Source: a virus (Duplodnaviria; Heunggongvirae; Uroviricota; Caudoviricetes). Taken from it: a DNA stretch of 18,833 nt. Made by a program: the position numbers and the translations under genes. Shown piece after piece: positions 14,346 to 18,833 of the stretch. The DNA is taken from the IMG/VR virus record IMGVR_UViG_2582580966_000005. One strand, written 5' to 3'. How positions within the stretch are numbered: position 1 is the first letter of the stretch; each line of letters begins with the position of its first letter. The notes below the pieces were generated by a model. It made no database searches, was not told the origin of the DNA, and saw only the letters and a list, made by a program, of their open reading frames with translations.

Positions 14346-14861
14346 TCACCCCCTGACTCGCTTTTCAGCAGCATAAAACTCATCAGACAGAATTTCGGTC
14401 ATTTTCTGATTTGCGGGTTTTACACCGCACTGAAGATAAATCACATCGTCAACGCAGAACCACTCCACAGGGCCATACAGGATTGCTGAGAAATCAATGC
14501 CCAGCCAGAACAACAGGGCATCGGTTCTGGCATACGTGACGGGCGAATATTCACGCCACAGACTGTTCAGTTCGTCAGAGGCAGTGCGCAGGGCTTTGGG
14601 AATGCGCGATGTGCGCGGCGTGCAGCTCCAGCCATTCGACGCAGTCGGTTTTCGCCATAAATCACGATGAAAAGGATATTTGTCATTCGTAAAACGCAGC
14701 CCCTTAAAACAAAAACCGCTGATACCGGATACAAATACCGACCGGCACTCAACATTCAGCACGGCCTCAAGGCGTTTTGCCTCATCCTTAACTTGCTGGC
14801 AGTCCTGCTGATATTTTTGCCACGCAGCCAGCGCGGAAGGGTTCGATGTTTTAAAGAACAT
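14346..14861 (-). CDS. Hypothetical protein (171 aa), variable early region
   Basis: ATG start with GGAGGTG Shine-Dalgarno, overlapping the upstream stop. No family recognised. Confidence 0.5.
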   Translation of the reverse strand: MFFKTSNPSALAAWQKYQQDCQQVKDEAKRLEAVLNVECRSVFVSGISGFCFKGLRFTNDKYPFHRDLWRKPTASNGWSCTPRTSRIPKALRTASDELNSLWREYSPVTYARTDALLFWLGIDFSAILYGPVEWFCVDDVIYLQCGVKPANQKMTEILSDEFYAAEKRVRG

Positions 14862-15394
14862 TACGCCACCTCCGCAGATATCCCGGCAGGCGCTGCCGTC
14901 CGGTCAACAATCAGGTAACGCAGAACATGTTCGGTGATATTCCAGCCGCTTAAACCGCAGATAATGGTCCCCAGGCGAATGTCGATATACGCCATCACAA
15001 ACTGGGGCACACCTTCTTTCATTGCCTGCTCATCAACTTCAGCCACCACATAAACGGTTTCACAGGTCAGAACGCCCTGCGCAAATTCCCACGCCATCGA
15101 CGGAATATCATGCCCTTCAACCCACGGCAGGGATTTTCTGAAGCTGCACCACTGAACATCATCAGCCACAGACTCCTGGCGGCATTTGCGACGAACCGGC
15201 TGTACCGGGCGGGGACGCGGAATATCATAAAAACCGTTACATTCTGTCAGCACACCGGCATCAACCGCATCACGCAGAAAATAGACCATCGAGGATGGCG
15301 GCATATTCATTCTTTGAGCCAGAACGCCGCAGGTCAGACGCCCGTAAATGCTCAGCCAGTTTTTAACCCCTTCAAGCACTTTTGCATCTATCAT
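14861..15394 (-). CDS. Hypothetical protein (177 aa), variable early region
   Basis: ATG start with GGAGGA Shine-Dalgarno; stop overlaps the next ATG (TAATG). No family recognised. Confidence 0.5.
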   Translation of the reverse strand: MIDAKVLEGVKNWLSIYGRLTCGVLAQRMNMPPSSMVYFLRDAVDAGVLTECNGFYDIPRPRPVQPVRRKCRQESVADDVQWCSFRKSLPWVEGHDIPSMAWEFAQGVLTCETVYVVAEVDEQAMKEGVPQFVMAYIDIRLGTIICGLSGWNITEHVLRYLIVDRTAAPAGISAEVA

Positions 15395-15397
15395 GAA

Positions 15398-15940
15398 TTA
15401 TTCCTCCGTCAGCGCCACATATTCAGAATGTTTAATTTCCTGACATTCTTCAGGAATACGCCCGTTTATTTCCCTGCCATAAGCACCTACTTTAAACACC
15501 ACGCACAGGGCATCACGGGAGAGAGACGGGGTCCACCAGGAGTCTGTGTTAAACATGGAGGGCATTCTCATTACCCCCAGCTTTTCACAGAGCCAGACAA
15601 GGAAATCAGGTCGCTTTCTTAAATCGCGTTCAGCGGCTTCAACCATTGTGGCAATCGCCGGTCCTTCAGGGCATGACTCATCAGGTCTGGCTATAAAGCA
15701 CTGTCCGCTACCGATAAAAGCCACATCATCGCGCTTACGCCAGCCCGCAGGCAGAGCACCGGCAAAATAAAACTCACTGATTCTGTCCATGGCGAACGGC
15801 TTTAAGCGCAATCCGGCAGCGCCTGTATTTTTCAGTAACGTCCGAAGAATACTGTTGCGTAGCGGTAAAACAGTCTGTTGATATTTGGTGAAATATTTAT
15901 TTGTCTGTGCTCTGTCTAATTTGAAATAAAAATATGCCAT
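15398..15940 (-). CDS. Hypothetical protein (180 aa), variable early region
   Basis: ATG start with AAGGAACAGGA Shine-Dalgarno; first gene after a 97-bp gap downstream of gam; stop lies 3 nt from the next start. No family recognised. Confidence 0.5.
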   Translation of the reverse strand: MAYFYFKLDRAQTNKYFTKYQQTVLPLRNSILRTLLKNTGAAGLRLKPFAMDRISEFYFAGALPAGWRKRDDVAFIGSGQCFIARPDESCPEGPAIATMVEAAERDLRKRPDFLVWLCEKLGVMRMPSMFNTDSWWTPSLSRDALCVVFKVGAYGREINGRIPEECQEIKHSEYVALTEE

Positions 15941-16037
15941 ATTTCCTGTTCCTTATTTTCAGTTTACAGGCGCAAGCAGCCCTCTGACGCGAGCGCCATA
16001 ATTAAAACAATGTGATATCTAAAGATTTAATGCGGTG

Positions 16038-16568
16038 TTATTTATTCAGTCCGGCGTCCTGTTCAAAAGGCTCGACAGAAAAACTTTCAGCGCCTTTATT
16101 CACCTTAATACCGGCAATACCCTTTACCGCATCCGGTTCCGCCAGAATGGCTTGCTTATTCACTTCCTCTTTCGTGCGGATGAAACGCTCAAGCCCCATA
16201 CGGCGCAGCATTTCAATCACACCTTCCACATCACGGCTGACGCTGCATGATGGCTTTTCCAGCCGCCATGACACCGTTCCGGTTGTCAGATTGGCAGTTT
16301 TGGTTTCGCCACCGTTCGTCAGCTCATCGCGGTTGGTTTTGCACCAGTCATGAATCCCCTTAAAAAGCACTTTGATTTCTTTTTTAAGGTTTTCAATCTG
16401 CGGCGTATAACGGGCGGTGATTTCTGCCACTTCATCATTCATTGCCGTTTCCAGGCGCAGCGCCTCTCGCTGCATATCCCCAAAGCGACGGATATCGCGA
16501 CTGACTTCTTCCCGGGTCTGCGGTGCCGCCTCGGCTGCGGCCTTTAATTTTGTAACGCGTTTAGCCAT
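16038..16568 (-). CDS. gam: Gam-like host-nuclease inhibitor (Mu Gam / Ku-like DNA end-binding family), 176 aa
   Basis: ATG start with AAGGA Shine-Dalgarno. Size and motifs (RLETAMNDEVAEI, RDELTNGGETKTANLTTGTVSWR, RFIRTKEEVNK) fit the Mu Gam family as I remember it; located between B and GemA as in Mu. Confidence 0.8.
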   Translation of the reverse strand: MAKRVTKLKAAAEAAPQTREEVSRDIRRFGDMQREALRLETAMNDEVAEITARYTPQIENLKKEIKVLFKGIHDWCKTNRDELTNGGETKTANLTTGTVSWRLEKPSCSVSRDVEGVIEMLRRMGLERFIRTKEEVNKQAILAEPDAVKGIAGIKVNKGAESFSVEPFEQDAGLNK

Positions 16569-16579
16569 TTTGTTTTTCC

Positions 16580-16873
16580 TTATTGCAGTGTGCCTGATGC
16601 TTTATGCACGCGGTGGCGTTTAATGATGGCATCCGCCCCAAAAGCCTGTACAGATGCCTGAAATTCCGCTGAGAGAAACTGAATAATTGCAGGACTGTGA
16701 TACTGGAGAATACTTGCATAAACGTCACAGAGTGACGTCGGGCTGTTATCCGTATCACGTTCTGTTTTCACATCCACTCCAATCTTTTCATGCACTTCAA
16801 CACAGTCATTGCCTGCCAACTTTTCGTCATGCGAAACATGATTAAATTCAAAAATAACGCGTACTTTGCTCAT
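16580..16873 (-). CDS. Hypothetical small protein (97 aa), second of a diverged tandem pair
   Basis: Track ORF starts at 16900, but the ATG at 16871..16873 has an AGGGG Shine-Dalgarno and gives the N-terminus MSKVRVIFEFNHVSH, parallel to the upstream paralog. Confidence 0.5.
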   Translation of the reverse strand: MSKVRVIFEFNHVSHDEKLAGNDCVEVHEKIGVDVKTERDTDNSPTSLCDVYASILQYHSPAIIQFLSAEFQASVQAFGADAIIKRHRVHKASGTLQ

Positions 16874-16877
16874 GGAA

Positions 16878-17150
16878 TTACCCCTGCTGATTAAATTCAT
16901 TACCTTTAATAACCCCGGAACGCATGCTCATATCTTTCATGAGCGCACTGGCTTTCATTGCCACAAGTTCAGCAAAGTCTCTGCTTTCCGCGAGCATAAC
17001 CACCCCAAAAATCATGGCGGGTCCATCACCTTTCTGCTTTATCCCGGTTGAACGTATGTCCAGACTTACCCCCATGCGCACTGTTCCATCAGGGTTTTTA
17101 TGGATAACGTGCTCCTTGTATTCGAAAATAATGCGTACGACTTTACTCAT
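16878..17150 (-). CDS. Hypothetical small protein (90 aa), first of a diverged tandem pair
   Basis: ATG at 17148..17150 with GAGGA Shine-Dalgarno. N-terminus MSKVVRIIFEYKEHV closely matches the next gene. Confidence 0.5.
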   Translation of the reverse strand: MSKVVRIIFEYKEHVIHKNPDGTVRMGVSLDIRSTGIKQKGDGPAMIFGVVMLAESRDFAELVAMKASALMKDMSMRSGVIKGNEFNQQG

Positions 17151-17428
17151 CCTCTGGTCCTCGTTCTGTTTGGATAACTGACCCGGCGTCTGACCTCACG
17201 GCAGAACCGAATCATGGCATTAAAGGCTTCTTCCTCCGTCACCGCTTCCGGTATCCCCGGAACCAGTAACTGCTCCTGTTCATCACGTCCATGACGCGCC
17301 ATAACCTCAATCACATGCCGTACCGTGGCAGGCTTTCCGGCAACTATCGGCAATGCACCTTCCGGCAGGACGTAACCAAACTCAATAAGACCACTCGACC
17401 ACGCCCATGCAATGAGATTTCGTTTCAC
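17147..17428 (-). CDS. Hypothetical small early protein (93 aa), GTG start
   Basis: GTG start at 17426..17428 (checked by hand) with GGGAGGTG Shine-Dalgarno; begins 1 nt after the upstream stop; its own stop overlaps the next ATG. Confidence 0.45.
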   Translation of the reverse strand: MKRNLIAWAWSSGLIEFGYVLPEGALPIVAGKPATVRHVIEVMARHGRDEQEQLLVPGIPEAVTEEEAFNAMIRFCREVRRRVSYPNRTRTRG

Positions 17429-17429
17429 C

Positions 17430-17696
17430 TCACACCTCCCAGTAAACCGTGCAGCCGCTGATGCGGGTGGCCTTCACACGGCGGCGCAGGCCGTTGGTCT
17501 GTATGGTGATTTCAATTTCACCGGTTCCCTGCACGTTGCCTACCGGCGGCGTGGTTTTCAGTGCAAAACGTTGCGGATAGCGCTTACTGCGTTCCAGTAC
17601 CGCACCGGCAAGTTCGGTCAGACGGCGCGCGCTGTTCAGGGAGTCGAATAAATTCATTTTGTTACCGCAGGATTGCATATTCATATAACACCTCAT
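17430..17696 (-). CDS. Hypothetical small early protein (84-88 aa; start uncertain)
   Basis: ATG at 17696 abuts the upstream stop with no Shine-Dalgarno; the in-frame ATG at 17684 is preceded by GAGGTG. Tight packing with neighbours on the same strand. Confidence 0.4.
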   Translation of the reverse strand: MRCYMNMQSCGNKMNLFDSLNSARRLTELAGAVLERSKRYPQRFALKTTPPVGNVQGTGEIEITIQTNGLRRRVKATRISGCTVYWEV

Positions 17697-17918
17697 TTAG
17701 CTGACTTGTTTCGCACCAACAGAACGGCATATTCCGCTGTAAACGTCTGTCGCACCTTTGCGATCAAGTCCGGCAGATATCACCATTCGTGTGCGGTCAT
17801 TAAATTCAAAAAGTAAATCGCCACATTCTTTATTTTCGGCCAGTGAAATCACCTTCACGTTATCGAAATTAACCAGGTAAAAGCGTCCGTAAATATCAGG
17901 AATATTAAATACCGCCAT
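17697..17918 (-). CDS. Small early protein in the position of Mu kil (about 73 aa); function not established
   Basis: Track ORF starts at a GTG at 17924; the ATG two codons in (17916..17918) has an AGGTG Shine-Dalgarno 5 nt upstream and overlaps the B stop codon. Assignment is by position and size only. Confidence 0.4.
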   Translation of the reverse strand: MAVFNIPDIYGRFYLVNFDNVKVISLAENKECGDLLFEFNDRTRMVISAGLDRKGATDVYSGICRSVGAKQVS

Positions 17919-17920
17919 AA

Positions 17921-18833
17921 TCACACCTGTGAGAGTAATTCAGGGTTGGTATAAACCTCTTTAAAGGCCGCATTAATATGTTTTTCTGTCAGCGCCGCGC
18001 CTTCACCGCTGGCGGTGAGCCACGCCTGGTTAAGCGTATGTGTCAGAACGCGTAACGCTCCCGGTTTTTCAGCGATAGCCTGCATGACGGCCAGCTCGGC
18101 CTCACCACTGATACCCCATGCCCTGGCAATGGCCAGCACATCCGCCTTTTTAGCCTTGCGAAGTTGTTTTGTACGGGCAAGACGACTGAACAGGCGCGAT
18201 AAGTCATCAACGGCGCGGCGTCCACCCTTAAACAGTCCGCGCGGGTTACCAATAAGCACCATCCCGATCCCCGTGGCGTCCTGGATTGCACGCAGTTGTT
18301 CCAGACCGTCAATACCCAGATGATCCGCCTCATCCACAATCACCAGTCCACGCGTTCCCGTCAGGCGACGGCGGATGGCGCGGGATAACGCCCCCTTGTT
18401 CGCGCGGGTGTAATCAATCCCCAGCGCATCGGCCAGCTCCAGCAGACCCTCCGTGACGCTGGAGTGCGCGGGTGACAGGGTGATCATCCAGGTGTTTGGT
18501 TGCTCCTGGCAGTAATTACGGGCGGTGGCCGTTTTACCCACACCCGGTACGCCCACAATGACGTTAATACAGCCCATCAGGCGAACCGCCTGAAACAGTG
18601 CGCGCAGCTCCTGGACTGTCTGCGTTTCCACAAACTGCGGCGGTTCCGGCAGTGCGCTTTGTTTATTCCAGTTCTCATACCAGGAACGCAGGGAAGCAGC
18701 CACAGCGGCGTTATCGCCTTTATATTTCCCCTTGCGGAAAGCCGATAATGTGCCGTCGAAAATCCCCGCCTCTCTGGCGATGGCATACTGCGTCAGTACG
18801 CCGCCATCAATAAGTTCATCAATGGTCTTGATT
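17921..18833 (-). CDS. B: MuB-like transposition ATPase (AAA+), partial: N-terminus lies beyond the window end
   Basis: Frame is open to the window edge. My translation of 18704..18832 gives IKTIDELIDGGVLTQYAIAREAGIFDGTLSAFRKGKYKGDNAAVAAS (HTH domain), followed by the Walker A motif GVPGVGKT and Walker B LVIVDEADHL in the track ORF. The M at 18703 in the track is an internal GTG. Stop at 17921 overlaps the next gene. Confidence 0.8.
   Translation of the reverse strand, partial: IKTIDELIDGGVLTQYAIAREAGIFDGTLSAFRKGKYKGDNAAVAASLRSWYENWNKQSALPEPPQFVETQTVQELRALFQAVRLMGCINVIVGVPGVGKTATARNYCQEQPNTWMITLSPAHSSVTEGLLELADALGIDYTRANKGALSRAIRRRLTGTRGLVIVDEADHLGIDGLEQLRAIQDATGIGMVLIGNPRGLFKGGRRAVDDLSRLFSRLARTKQLRKAKKADVLAIARAWGISGEAELAVMQAIAEKPGALRVLTHTLNQAWLTASGEGAALTEKHINAAFKEVYTNPELLSQV

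Larger units (their letters stand above)
1..18833 (-). mobile_element. Segment of a Mu-like transposable prophage (early region, lysis cassette, head module, start of tail module); both ends lie outside the window
   Basis: Co-linear minus-strand order matching phage Mu: B, small early genes, Gam, GemA, Mor/C, endolysin, spanins, terminase, portal, F, G, I, capsid, gp36/gp37-like, sheath. Nearly all junctions are tight or overlapping (ATGA/TAATG). Based on family recognition from the translations, not on a search. Confidence 0.8.

Noticed and set aside
15941-16037. 97-bp gap between gam and the first variable-region gene as a possible internal promoter or terminator
   Set aside because: Only a weak 5-bp GGCGC/GCGCC inverted repeat with a long loop and no convincing -35/-10 or U-tract; not enough to call a feature.
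1-18833. CRISPR arrays, rRNA genes, insertion sequences, integrase or attachment sites
   Set aside because: No direct-repeat/spacer periodicity, no rRNA-like sequence, and no transposase other than the Mu-type B protein were seen; Mu-type phages transpose rather than integrate site-specifically, and both prophage ends lie outside the window.

Overview
The whole window reads as one contiguous segment of a Mu-like transposable prophage, with essentially every gene on the minus strand (transcription runs from high to low coordinates). Family assignments come from reading the translated ORFs against remembered protein families; no database search was run. The provided ORF track calls GTG and TTG starts as M, so I checked start codons by hand where it mattered. 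Gene order from high to low coordinate: MuB transposition ATPase (5-prime end outside the window), five small early genes (including a diverged tandem pair), Gam, a hypervariable block of eight tightly coupled genes of unknown function (12762..15940), GemA, an intrinsic terminator, a Mor/C-family activator, a lysis cassette (SAR endolysin, overlapping spanins, TraR/DksA zinc finger, DUF2730 membrane protein), a small-terminase-like protein plus a mini-ORF sharing its C-terminal motif, large terminase, portal, F, G, I protease/scaffold, major capsid, three head-completion proteins, and the start of the tail sheath. The best candidate for something undescribed is the hypervariable block, especially its AT-rich sub-island (about 27-43% G+C on sampled lines against roughly 55-63% for the backbone) encoding two small membrane proteins, a small Cys/His protein and a small soluble protein, next to a protein with Myb/SANT-like repeats. 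Other points worth a second look are an anomalous scaffold/capsid junction, the duplicated C-terminal motif upstream of the large terminase, and a tRNA-like acceptor/T-arm on the plus strand. No CRISPR array, rRNA, canonical tRNA or IS element was seen, and no plus-strand ORF looks genuine.
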